Of a stretch of DNA of 64,000 bases, positions 8,555 to 18,322 are shown piece after piece. The translations under genes and the position numbers were made by a program. Origin of the DNA: Candidatus Poribacteria bacterium (GTDB lineage: Bacteria > Poribacteria > WGA-4E > PCPOR2b). Positions within the stretch are counted from its first letter, which is position 1. Each line of letters starts with the position of its first letter. The notes beneath the pieces are model-generated. The model saw nothing but the letters and a program-made list of their open reading frames with translations, searched no databases and had not been told where the DNA came from. The stretch lies in assembly GCA_965198175.1 (NCBI GenBank), contig OZ240245.1:3264001-3328000 (forward strand), in the 5' to 3' direction.

Positions 8555-10240
8555 ATGCAAATTGAGCATTCCGATGAAATCAACCTTATCCGACAGACGC
8601 TGAATGGCAGGGCATCAGCATTCAATCTGTTGGTCAAGATGCACCACGCAACAGTCTATGCGCTGGCTCTTTCGTATACCAAAAATCCCGCAGACGCAGA
8701 AGATCTCACCCAACAGATATTTATTCGAGCGTACGACCGGCTAGCAACTTTGCGTGAGTTGGATCGCTTTCTACCATGGCTTCAACGGATTTCACACAAT
8801 ACCTGCAAGAATTGGCTCCGACAGCGGAGCTGGGCGACGACCGGCTTTGAGGCGGTGAAGGACGCAGGTTTCGCGGAAACCGCCCCATCTCCTGAAGACA
8901 TTGCGCTGAAGGCTGAAATCGAAGCTGTAGTTCGAGAAGCAATCGGTACTCTACAGGAGACCGACCGCAAGTTGATGGAAGCCCGCTACATTGAAGGGGC
9001 AAGCTATAAGGAGTTGCAGGTCGAATCCGGTTTGTCGTATGCGGCGATTGTGAACCGCCTCAAGCGTGCGAAACAGAAGGTTCGCCGCCGAATCGAAAAA
9101 CTGTTGGGCGGTATGGCGATATTGCCAAGTCGAACGCTAATCCTGGGAGGTACAGAAACCGTGAAATTATCAGCGAAAGTGAAACTCGCGACGGTCGGGG
9201 TTGCCGCAGTTGTCGGAATTGGCGGGGGCGGTGTGTTGCATCACCGCACATTTCAATCGCAGCCTGTTGCAGTAAACGAGCAAGAGGTTTCAGAAGTGCG
9301 AGTTGCTACAGGGAATTCACTAGCCGACAGTGTGCATCCAACAGATGCCGTGTCGGGCATCAACTCCCCAACGAACGGGGAATCCATATCTAAAAAAGGC
9401 GAAGCTAATCGTTTTGAAATTTCGACAGTTGATGGCGATGTGAAAATTGTCGATGCCGAGGATATGCGCGAACTGTTGGAAGGACTGGAACTACCGGAAG
9501 AGATAGAGGGAGAGATTCACAAAGAGATTCGTCGAGCGATAAAAAAGCTAGGAAAGGGTGGTGTTAATGCGGACATCCAATGGAAAATGTTCAGGATTGA
9601 GGGCGATCAAAAACTGGAGATTGAGGAGCTGCCGGAGGAGTTAAAACAGAAAATCGCAAGTGGAGAATTTGTCGCATGGATTGAGGACGGGCAGGAACTG
9701 CCGGAAGAGATTCGCCAAGCGATAGAAGGGGCAAAAAAGGGTGGTACCATTACGAGAATTCAGGTGGAGTTGAACACAGAAGAACTGCCGGATGAGCTAA
9801 AGCAGAAATCGGCGAACCAGGACACCCAGCATCCGTCCTCTTCAGCACACACACCATCGACATCAACAGAATTGCCGCCACAGCCCACTCATTCTGGCCC
9901 ACAGGTTGAGTCCGCAACCGTCCTTTCCGAACCGTCAGAAGTCACGACCCCACTTTCAGATGAAGAGTGGGTGGAATTTGAGAAATTGTTGAGCGAGTTC
10001 TCAGATGAGGATTGGGCAGATTTTGAAAGGCTACTTAAAGCCGCCACAGAAGGGAAATCGCCGCATCGGGATAAGCAGGTGCCGCTTGATGTTGAACGGC
10101 GGATTGAAAAAGCGCTTGAGGAACCGTCCATTGACCCATCCGTGCGGCAAGAGATGCGGCAGCGACCGCGTCTCCCAATCGAACGCACTACCGACGTGCC
10201 GCCTCACTCCAAGGAGGCAGATAAGAACAGGAAACGATAA
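8555..10240 (+). CDS. ECF sigma factor fused to a TM helix and a long C-terminal extension
   Basis: Region 2 (DAEDLTQQIFIRAY...FLPWLQRISHN) and region 4 (YIEGASYKEL...VNRLKRAKQKVR), then hydrophobic VGVAAVVGIGGGGV and ~330 further residues. Confidence 0.88.
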   Translation: MQIEHSDEINLIRQTLNGRASAFNLLVKMHHATVYALALSYTKNPADAEDLTQQIFIRAYDRLATLRELDRFLPWLQRISHNTCKNWLRQRSWATTGFEAVKDAGFAETAPSPEDIALKAEIEAVVREAIGTLQETDRKLMEARYIEGASYKELQVESGLSYAAIVNRLKRAKQKVRRRIEKLLGGMAILPSRTLILGGTETVKLSAKVKLATVGVAAVVGIGGGGVLHHRTFQSQPVAVNEQEVSEVRVATGNSLADSVHPTDAVSGINSPTNGESISKKGEANRFEISTVDGDVKIVDAEDMRELLEGLELPEEIEGEIHKEIRRAIKKLGKGGVNADIQWKMFRIEGDQKLEIEELPEELKQKIASGEFVAWIEDGQELPEEIRQAIEGAKKGGTITRIQVELNTEELPDELKQKSANQDTQHPSSSAHTPSTSTELPPQPTHSGPQVESATVLSEPSEVTTPLSDEEWVEFEKLLSEFSDEDWADFERLLKAATEGKSPHRDKQVPLDVERRIEKALEEPSIDPSVRQEMRQRPRLPIERTTDVPPHSKEADKNRKR

Positions 10241-10466
10241 TCCCGTCCCGCGAATCTCAGTGATTGCATAATCGTAGCTTCTTGTTTCCTCGCTGCGAAC
10301 CGACCACTATCCTGACATCCTTGAATTCTTCGCTCATACCTATTTGGTCGGAGCGAGCATCAAATTCCACCGAGAGTGCAGGTTTCTCATCACCTTTCCA
10401 ATATCTTTTCATCGCGGCTGACACCATATTCTATTCCTTGAGCGGGCGTGTGAGAAGTTTAACAGA

Positions 10467-13304
10467 TTATCGCCGTTTCCATATCGATACGTTTCCAAGC
10501 TGAATGGCTTCCGTATAGTGTGATTGAAGATACTCGGCGACTAATGGAAGCACGGAGGTGTTCCACTCTCCGAATATAACTAATTTCGGCTTCGTCTCCT
10601 CTAAGTCCGCAATCACCTCTTTCTGCAGAGGCTTTGGAGAAGCATAGGCGATTTGAGCGAATCTTGTTGGATTTGGTCTATTCGCAAGAAAATAATAGAC
10701 GCCTTGATTTGCAAAATCGAAGATTGGCTCAGAAGAATCCGTGTTTTCTTGTAGATACTTGACCACCTGTTCAATCTGCGCTGCCTCGTTAACCGGCGTC
10801 AAAACCCGCCCCGCTCTCTTTACGCGAACCTCGGCATATCCCTGTGGAATGCTTCCATATTTCGTAAAATTAACAAGCATCGTTTCAGCCTTTTTCAAAG
10901 GCTTGGCGGCAAAAACCCCGTACAGATCTGTCCTGATATACCAGAGCAAGCCAAGCACGAAAATCAACGAACATATTAGCTGAGGAAGATGAATTCGGGA
11001 CTTTTTCGCTTTGCGGACTGTTCGGGACGACGCATCACTACATTCATCAGGTTCCATCGTCAAAGTGGAATCGTTGGATGAATCGGCTTTTACCGGTTCG
11101 CCATTCATTTCGGACTTGGAGGTAATCTCAGAAGATTCATGGGACCTAAACGCTAGCCAAACTCTCTCAAAGAAAAAGAAGCAGATTAACCAGAAAAATG
11201 AAGAGCTAAATATAACATGGTGCCAGTCTGAACGACCTAAGGCTGTGCGGAAAAAAATGATACCCGCCAACAGAATTAACAGCAACTTCCAATCCTCCAT
11301 TCTCCATTGATTGGCAATTGCGCGAAACAACAGAAAGGTCAAAGTCATCAGGTAAACAAGGATTGGGAAATACCACATGAACGTCTCGCTTAAAATGAAG
11401 TCCGAGAAGGCGAAAAGAGAAGTAATTTTTGAAAGTTCTGACAACAGCGGGATAAAAGGCGTTCCCCAGATTTCCGTGTGATACGTGAATTGTGTCCATG
11501 AGCTCCGGAACATATCATCTATCGCACCATGAACGCCAAAAAAGATAAGAAAAGGGGTAAAACCTATCATGACCCCTAACTCATACGTGAGAAGCGGCGA
11601 CAAACACTTCCCCAATACGCCCTTCCTAATTTGTTGTATTCTGCCTCTAAAAGAACTAGGATTCCCGGCGGTTCCATCTATATTAGCGGATCTGGTCCAG
11701 ATGGAGGCGAAACCGAAAAGAAATAGGAACAAGCTAGAGACTGCCCAAGTATACAAACCGGTGTCAAGACTGTAGAACACTGCCAATGTTGTACAGACTC
11801 CTGCCACAACGAGAATTGATTTTCCATGTCCGTCGCCTCTATGGGTCCACTTGCACAACAACATCAACGAGAGAAAGCCCAGTATATGTCTATCCGTTAC
11901 TGGAAGATACGCTCGCGGTACTGCCAAACCAAACGTCAGTAAAATAAGAGCGAATGCAACAAAGAGCGCTGTGGCTCTCCTTCGGAAACACTGTAAAGCG
12001 AGAAGATAGAAACAGATATATCCCAGCGGATACACAATATGGTGCAGCCTTCTATCTGCTTCAAGAGTTTCTCCAAAGAATTTCATGGCGAGCAAGGGTT
12101 TGTATGCATTTTGAAAGAGCCCGTGCTGAAGGTATACATCTCTGTATGGAATTCCGCCACGTAGCAGTTCGTTTACTACCGCCATACGTTCCCCTTCGTG
12201 ATAAAGGTCGATACCACTTATGTTGTTCGCACCGGTATAGGCATGACTGAGGCTGGCATTGCTATTGTACAGAAAGACATAAATGAGACCGGAAATCATA
12301 ATGACGTTCAGGATAGACACCTTCCGCTGCAGAGCAGAGCGGTGCGGCAGGCAGGCGGGAACTTGCTGCTTACGAGTTCTGCTGGAGGAACGAAGCTGCA
12401 AGAAGGCAAAGATTTTCAAAGCGACAATCACTGTAACGACGATAAGTGCCAGGATTGTCGCTGCATGTTTGACTCTGAAAAACACCGTGAGAAACAAAAG
12501 CAAGGCAGAGGGGAAATAAGTCACAGAATCAGCTCGGAGTATATCCGCGAAGCTATAGGGTGTCAAGGCACTCAGCAGTGCCGAATAACCAACCCAGAAG
12601 CCCCATGTTCCCAGTAATATAAAAAAGAGCATTTCCCAACACTGGAGCGCCGTAACTTCTTTTGGACTTCCTAGAATAAGAAGAAAAACAGTTAGGCACG
12701 CGCCACAGGCAATGGGTATCCCATGAAATGGTATTGTCGTCCTTGCCCAAAGGACTTCTCCTATTTTTGGCTTCTTTGTCAAGATGGTCCCGTCTGTGGG
12801 TTTATCCACAGACGCTTCCAGTTCTTCACAGCCACCCTTTTTTGAGATGAGCAGGTGGAAAGAAAAAAGCAACACTTGGGCAATCAGGAACAGAAGCAGT
12901 GGAGTTCCAATTTCCCCAGCAAATCTGCTGGGAAGGTATCCCCTCTCCAATACTAATAGCAAAAGAAGGTACGTGAATGCGTCTTGTCTCAGGATGCGCT
13001 CTTTGGCGTTTTTAGTCAAAGCAGCGCAAAGCGCCGAAAATATCACCCAAAATCCACAACATAAGAGAGCAAAGAGCGGTACGAAGGTTAGAGTAACTAA
13101 ATAGTAAACAATCTCCTGACGCTTCGCAGAAGCAGCCTCAGTCAATTTATGTGCTCCGATTTGAGCCAAAAAATGGAGGTGTTCCTTAAAAGTGAAACCC
13201 AATGCCAATGCAAAGACAAAGCTACTTACAGATACTATCACCGTAAAAGCTTGGGTTCTATGTTGTCGCGCAAGGTTGAAAGTTTCACGAATAATGTCAT
13301 GCAC
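10467..13304 (-). CDS. Large polytopic membrane protein, possibly GT-C-fold glycosyltransferase-like
   Basis: 945 aa with many TM segments, loop DLYHEGE...PYRDVYLQHG and C-terminal YYFLANRPNPTRF. Family assignment is inferred. Confidence 0.6.
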   Translation of the reverse strand: MHDIIRETFNLARQHRTQAFTVIVSVSSFVFALALGFTFKEHLHFLAQIGAHKLTEAASAKRQEIVYYLVTLTFVPLFALLCCGFWVIFSALCAALTKNAKERILRQDAFTYLLLLLVLERGYLPSRFAGEIGTPLLLFLIAQVLLFSFHLLISKKGGCEELEASVDKPTDGTILTKKPKIGEVLWARTTIPFHGIPIACGACLTVFLLILGSPKEVTALQCWEMLFFILLGTWGFWVGYSALLSALTPYSFADILRADSVTYFPSALLLFLTVFFRVKHAATILALIVVTVIVALKIFAFLQLRSSSRTRKQQVPACLPHRSALQRKVSILNVIMISGLIYVFLYNSNASLSHAYTGANNISGIDLYHEGERMAVVNELLRGGIPYRDVYLQHGLFQNAYKPLLAMKFFGETLEADRRLHHIVYPLGYICFYLLALQCFRRRATALFVAFALILLTFGLAVPRAYLPVTDRHILGFLSLMLLCKWTHRGDGHGKSILVVAGVCTTLAVFYSLDTGLYTWAVSSLFLFLFGFASIWTRSANIDGTAGNPSSFRGRIQQIRKGVLGKCLSPLLTYELGVMIGFTPFLIFFGVHGAIDDMFRSSWTQFTYHTEIWGTPFIPLLSELSKITSLFAFSDFILSETFMWYFPILVYLMTLTFLLFRAIANQWRMEDWKLLLILLAGIIFFRTALGRSDWHHVIFSSSFFWLICFFFFERVWLAFRSHESSEITSKSEMNGEPVKADSSNDSTLTMEPDECSDASSRTVRKAKKSRIHLPQLICSLIFVLGLLWYIRTDLYGVFAAKPLKKAETMLVNFTKYGSIPQGYAEVRVKRAGRVLTPVNEAAQIEQVVKYLQENTDSSEPIFDFANQGVYYFLANRPNPTRFAQIAYASPKPLQKEVIADLEETKPKLVIFGEWNTSVLPLVAEYLQSHYTEAIQLGNVSIWKRR

Positions 13305-13626
13305 AGCAAGATCCTTTGGTCGGAGAAAGCTCCGGTTCGTCCTGATGGACGCTCAATCTGTATTCTTGAAATAATACTTTAATGTCATTTCGTTCGGATT
13401 GTTGGGTCTCTCAACGATTTCGTTAAGGTAGCCGTTTTCATCAAGATCAGCAATCAGGGTTTCCAATATTTCATGAAAAAACTGGACGTAGCTATCCTCT
13501 GGCTGGCGTGAAAAGGTGGAACATCATGAGTGGGATGTAGCTGCGATTCTGTTAATGTCAATGGCGTGTGTATTAAGGTAAGGTGGACACTGGGTCCCCA
13601 TGTTTATGGCAAATTCTCCGAACCAT

Positions 13627-14589
13627 TCATGGAATCAACGTTATATTACCGTATGCCGGCGATTCCATTACGCTGCGATGGGCGTCAGCTGCTTCAGCAA
13701 GCGGCATTTCTTTGCCAACTAGGGGGTGGAGCGTACCATTCCTCAAGCCAGCAACTAGGTAAGCGTGGATGCGGGAGAAGTCACGCGCAGAAGCATTCCT
13801 TAACGACATACCTAAGATACTCGCGTCACGACTCATCGTGTCGCGGGCATTGACTTCCACAACGCCCCGGCTACCGATTACGACAACCCGCCCGCCCATA
13901 GCTAGTGCGGGTAGATCCTTACCAAGATTGACATTCGCGAGCATTTCGAGGATGACGTCTACACCTCGTCCATCGGTGAGTTGCACGGCTTGGTCAAGAT
14001 GATCCGGCGTATGGTGATCCAAAACATAATTTGCACCGTGTTCGATAACCAGAGACCGCCCTTCTTCAGAACCTGCGGTGCCAATGACAGTCATTCCGGC
14101 GGTCCGAGCTAACTGAACCGCCGCAAGACCAACACCGCCGCTTGCACCATGGACTAGAACAACCTCTCCCGGCTCTACCCGGGCGCGTTGAAAAAGCGCA
14201 CGATATGCTGTGCCATAGGGCACACCAACGCATGCACCCTGGGCAAACGATACCGTTTCAGGAAGTGGATGCACGTCGGCAGCGTCGCATACGGTTCTTT
14301 CTGCATAGCTACCACTGATTGTTCCGGCACAGTAAACACGATCTCCCACTGATATGTTGCCAGCGCCAACACCGATGGATAGAACGATACCGGCAGCGTC
14401 GATTCCAGGGGTGTAGGGGAGATCGGCTGTATAACCGTGGAGCCCGGACCGAATGTATGTATCTACCGGATTGACACCAGCCGCATGCACCTGTACTACG
14501 ACCTGTCCAGCGCCGGGCTGCGGGTCTGGTATCTCTTCTAACGTCATCACTTCCGGGGAGCCATGTTCATGCACTCTAATCGATTTCAT
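13627..14589 (-). CDS. qor: NADPH:quinone reductase (zeta-crystallin/MDR family)
   Basis: AAGVNPVD, VHGASGGVG and GVDVILEM motifs. Confidence 0.9.
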   Translation of the reverse strand: MKSIRVHEHGSPEVMTLEEIPDPQPGAGQVVVQVHAAGVNPVDTYIRSGLHGYTADLPYTPGIDAAGIVLSIGVGAGNISVGDRVYCAGTISGSYAERTVCDAADVHPLPETVSFAQGACVGVPYGTAYRALFQRARVEPGEVVLVHGASGGVGLAAVQLARTAGMTVIGTAGSEEGRSLVIEHGANYVLDHHTPDHLDQAVQLTDGRGVDVILEMLANVNLGKDLPALAMGGRVVVIGSRGVVEVNARDTMSRDASILGMSLRNASARDFSRIHAYLVAGLRNGTLHPLVGKEMPLAEAADAHRSVMESPAYGNITLIP

Positions 14590-14644
14590 AATTTCTTCCT
14601 CCTTCTCTTCGGAAGGTCATGAACCTTCCAAAAGTCCAAGTTCA

Positions 14645-15973
14645 TTAACCGTTTTTCGCGTTCGTAGACCGGTAATGGATGCGTAGGGGTGTTCCGTTAA
14701 AGCCGAATGTCTTGCGAATACCATTAATCAGATACGCTTCATAGTGGTCAGGGATTTTATTGGGGTGCCGAGCAAAAACCAGAAATGTTGGCGGTCGCGT
14801 CTTTATCTGTGTGATGTATTTCAATGCGGGCCGGATTTTGCCAGACCGCGGCGGTTGATGCTCATTCTTTAATCTCATCAACAGGTCGTTTAATTCGTGC
14901 GTTGGTACCTCTGAGCAATATTCGTTATGAATGTCCAAACTAAGATCGAGGAGATTCGTGACACGCTGACCGGTAATTGCCGAAACAAAAAGTAACGGTA
15001 CGTACGAGAGTTGGGATAGTTGAGCGTAAATCGACTCGACAAATTCGTTGTACGTCGAATTGTCCTTCTTAATCAAATCCCATTTGTTGATTACCAAAAT
15101 GCACGCCTTTCCCTGTCTCGCGATGTAACTAGCGATAGTTTTTTCTTGACGCGCAATTTCACGATCGGCGTCGGCAACTAACCACGAAATGTCACTCTGA
15201 CGAATACTGCGAATTGCGCGTTGAACGGTCGATTGTTCCAGTTGGTCATCAATTGCAGATTTCCGCCGCATCCCGGCTGTGTCAATCAGTTCAAAAGGAA
15301 CATGATTATGCAAAAAACTGATGTTGACCGCGTCATGTGTTGTTCCGGGACGTTCATCAACTATCATCCGCTCTTCCCCTAGAATCCTGTTAATCAGTGA
15401 TGACTTGCCTACATTGGGACGGCCTACGATGGCAATTTTGATTGCCTTTGAAGGTGCCGAAGTATCTGCCTCAGCCTCTGGAAGCGCAAACACAACTTCA
15501 TCAAGGAGGAAACTGAGCCCCTCATTCTGCGTACATGATATGAAGACAAGGTTGCCCAGGCCCAGTGCGTAAAACTCCCCTGCACCGGTTCTCAAGCGTT
15601 CATTATCGACTTTGTTCGCAACAACGAAAATTGATTTCTCCGTTTGCCTTAGCGCGTTCGCTATTTCCAGATCTTGCGGCATCATCCCCGTCATTGCATC
15701 AACCACGAACAGAATAATAGCGGCTTCGTTTAATGCTACTTCAACTTGCAACTTAACACTATCAATGAGCCGATCTTCTGGAGCGAGCTCTAATCCGCCG
15801 GTATCGGCGAGCGTGAAGCTTTCCTCCATCCAATTGACATCCGCATAGAGCCGATCTCGTGTCACGCCCGGTTGGTCATGGATGACAGCAATCTGTTTTT
15901 TGGCAAGCAGGTTAAAAAGTGAAGACTTCCCAACGTTCGGTCTGCCAACGATAGCAACAATCGGTTGTGCCAT
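14645..15973 (-). CDS. der: Ribosome biogenesis GTPase Der (EngA)
   Basis: Two GRPNVGKS P-loops, DTGG/DTAG and NKVD/NKWD motifs, KH-like C-terminus (PPTF...FGFNGTP). Confidence 0.97.
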   Translation of the reverse strand: MAQPIVAIVGRPNVGKSSLFNLLAKKQIAVIHDQPGVTRDRLYADVNWMEESFTLADTGGLELAPEDRLIDSVKLQVEVALNEAAIILFVVDAMTGMMPQDLEIANALRQTEKSIFVVANKVDNERLRTGAGEFYALGLGNLVFISCTQNEGLSFLLDEVVFALPEAEADTSAPSKAIKIAIVGRPNVGKSSLINRILGEERMIVDERPGTTHDAVNISFLHNHVPFELIDTAGMRRKSAIDDQLEQSTVQRAIRSIRQSDISWLVADADREIARQEKTIASYIARQGKACILVINKWDLIKKDNSTYNEFVESIYAQLSQLSYVPLLFVSAITGQRVTNLLDLSLDIHNEYCSEVPTHELNDLLMRLKNEHQPPRSGKIRPALKYITQIKTRPPTFLVFARHPNKIPDHYEAYLINGIRKTFGFNGTPLRIHYRSTNAKNG

Positions 15974-16002
15974 GATTTACCTTCCCTTTTTGGGATTCTG
16001 GC

Positions 16003-18246
16003 TCACTCTTGTGCTTCTACGTGAGTGCTCAAATTGATCCTTCTTGAGACTGTCAGTACCGACTTTATTACAACAATAACCGGAAATGCGAGGAGTACGC
16101 CCCAAAAGCCGAACATAGAAGCGCCGAATATCACGGCGAACATAATCACCAGAGGATCGACATCTATCGCTCTGCTCATGATTTTGGGTGAGATTAGCGA
16201 GTTATCAATTGCTTGGATGCTGAAGATAGCTCCCAACAAAACAGCAATCCGGATTAGCAAACCAATGGGAACAAAATCTCCCGCAACGAACCCCATCAAC
16301 AGCGAGAGAATTGCAACGCCTCCGCCAATAAATGGCCCAAAGGTAGGAATAGCATTGCACAACCCTGCGAGTAATCCAATGACCAGGGCAAATGGCACAC
16401 CGATGATTGAATACACAACTATCGAAATGACACTGATGATAAAACTTACGGCAACCTGTCCCCGCAGGAATGACTCCATAGTACGGTTAAGCTCTGTCAG
16501 ATAGAGCCTGACAGTGTTCCGATTGCCTTCGGGAAACAGGTTAACCAAGTCTTGAGTGTAGCGGTTGAACGCCCGACTAGCATAGATGAAAACAATGAGC
16601 GCCAAGAATACCGTCGCTAGAAATCCGCCGAATCCGATGGCGATCGATGAGAAGTGCGTTACAAGCGTCCTGATAAATTCGCTTCCCGCCCGTGCCAATG
16701 TAGGAAGTTTGTCCGTCAGCTCAGCTTGTATGCGGTCTGGGACACCCGTTCCACCAATAGTTTTGAGAAGCTGATTGTCCTTCAGTTCGGCGAGGATTCC
16801 CTGTTTCGCTCGCACACCTGTGAACTGCCATGCGGCATGATTGGTTTGCCGATAAATGCCGCGACGATTACCTGCGTAAAGTGTCCCCTGTTGAGGCAGC
16901 GAAGCCAGCAGTGGAACCGCTGACGAATTCAACTCAGGAGATGCCTTGATTAGCTGCCACATTGCACCGCTCTGCCAATTATCAATTCCCTTGGAATTCT
17001 GAGCATAATTTTCGACATCGTCAAAATAAGCGTTCAGGTAGGCGCTCGGGTCGAACTGCCACTCATAAATCCCGTTTGATGTCCCCGCATAGAGTCGTTC
17101 ATGTCCAACGGCGAGCGCATGGATTTGTGCATCGCCTAATCCTTTCGAAGTTATGGGAACCCAGGATTCACCTTCGTCGGAAGTTTGATACATACCTCGA
17201 TCGGAAGCGATAAAGACAGATTTTGTAGTTTCGGATGAACAGGCAACACTCTGTATGGAAATTTCGCCTTGTGGCACGCCGGCAGATTGACCCACATGAA
17301 TCTCCTTCCAAGTCGCACCGCGATCGTTGCTCAAATGTAAGCCAAAATCAGTTCCCACATAAAGTTGAGCGAAATTCCATGGCGGTATTGCAATCGCTCG
17401 AATCGATTTTTCAGCGAATGTGTCAGCATCGATTTCCACCCAAGTTGTGGTGTCTGTTTCCATGTTGTCCGTGGTTTTTGGTACATACAGTCCCTGCGCC
17501 GTCCCTACGTGAAGCTGCTGGCCCCCATCCCCCACAGCAACCGCTTGAATGGGTTGTCCAATCAGAACTCCTCCCGTTATGTCCTCAGGTCGGTTTCTAC
17601 CATCTTCAAAGCGATAGATCCCGTGTGTTGTTCCGAGTAAAACTACGTTTGAACCCTCAGGTTGAGGGCGAACGGCAACTGCATGGAATTCATTGCCGAT
17701 AGCGAAGGGCAACATATGGTTGTAGAACCTTACCAATCCCCCAACCATGTCCCTCGACTGTCTGCTAACCTGCGGAATAATGTACAGCAATAACACCGCG
17801 AACACACCGAGGGTCAGGGCTGTTAGAACCACTCGTGCAGTCCTCCGCGATAATTGCAAGCGTCTACCTCGCGTCAGCGGGATGTCCTGTATGGTGTTCA
17901 GCAGAAATCGGAAGAAATAAGCGAACCCAAAGCCCAGTATGAAAGGTATCAGGATGCCCGACAGGTTGATAAACAACCAGATACCGACCATGGTGAGAAG
18001 GACGTTGACGATGCTCTTGACGGCAACTAGGCGATAGATGGAAGTCAAAAGAAAAAGGAGCAGAATCGGAACCATCGGATGCAATAGCAGGATATTCCCG
18101 CCACCTGAATCTTTTGTCTTTGATCCGCTATAGTAAGCAAACGCAACCCAGCCCGCGACAAACACAATAATGATAATCGTATAGATTTTATTGCTAGTCG
18201 TCTGTTCGTTAGAGCGAGGTTGTTTTCCAGATGGAATATGTGTCAT
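16003..18246 (-). CDS. AI-2E (PerM/TqsA) family transporter with a large inserted beta-propeller-like domain
   Basis: AI-2E core motifs ILIPFILGFGFAY, FLRGQ, NAIPTFGP and FGFWGVLLAFP flank ~300 aa of blade-like repeats (LYVGT, SNDRGATW, SDEGESW). Confidence 0.85.
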   Translation of the reverse strand: MTHIPSGKQPRSNEQTTSNKIYTIIIIVFVAGWVAFAYYSGSKTKDSGGGNILLLHPMVPILLLFLLTSIYRLVAVKSIVNVLLTMVGIWLFINLSGILIPFILGFGFAYFFRFLLNTIQDIPLTRGRRLQLSRRTARVVLTALTLGVFAVLLLYIIPQVSRQSRDMVGGLVRFYNHMLPFAIGNEFHAVAVRPQPEGSNVVLLGTTHGIYRFEDGRNRPEDITGGVLIGQPIQAVAVGDGGQQLHVGTAQGLYVPKTTDNMETDTTTWVEIDADTFAEKSIRAIAIPPWNFAQLYVGTDFGLHLSNDRGATWKEIHVGQSAGVPQGEISIQSVACSSETTKSVFIASDRGMYQTSDEGESWVPITSKGLGDAQIHALAVGHERLYAGTSNGIYEWQFDPSAYLNAYFDDVENYAQNSKGIDNWQSGAMWQLIKASPELNSSAVPLLASLPQQGTLYAGNRRGIYRQTNHAAWQFTGVRAKQGILAELKDNQLLKTIGGTGVPDRIQAELTDKLPTLARAGSEFIRTLVTHFSSIAIGFGGFLATVFLALIVFIYASRAFNRYTQDLVNLFPEGNRNTVRLYLTELNRTMESFLRGQVAVSFIISVISIVVYSIIGVPFALVIGLLAGLCNAIPTFGPFIGGGVAILSLLMGFVAGDFVPIGLLIRIAVLLGAIFSIQAIDNSLISPKIMSRAIDVDPLVIMFAVIFGASMFGFWGVLLAFPVIVVIKSVLTVSRRINLSTHVEAQE

Positions 18247-18322
18247 GGCGTTGAGGGAAAAATGGAAGACCTAACCATGAAGTGTATTCAGTTCAAAACT
18301 GTTTTTACATTCTGAAAAGAAA

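Noticed and set aside
13353..13601. Minus-strand frame with an internal TGA (...SHS*CSTF...LIADLDENGYL...) as a second selenoprotein
   Set aside because: No clear RBS, redox-motif context or SECIS-like hairpin; at most a gene remnant.
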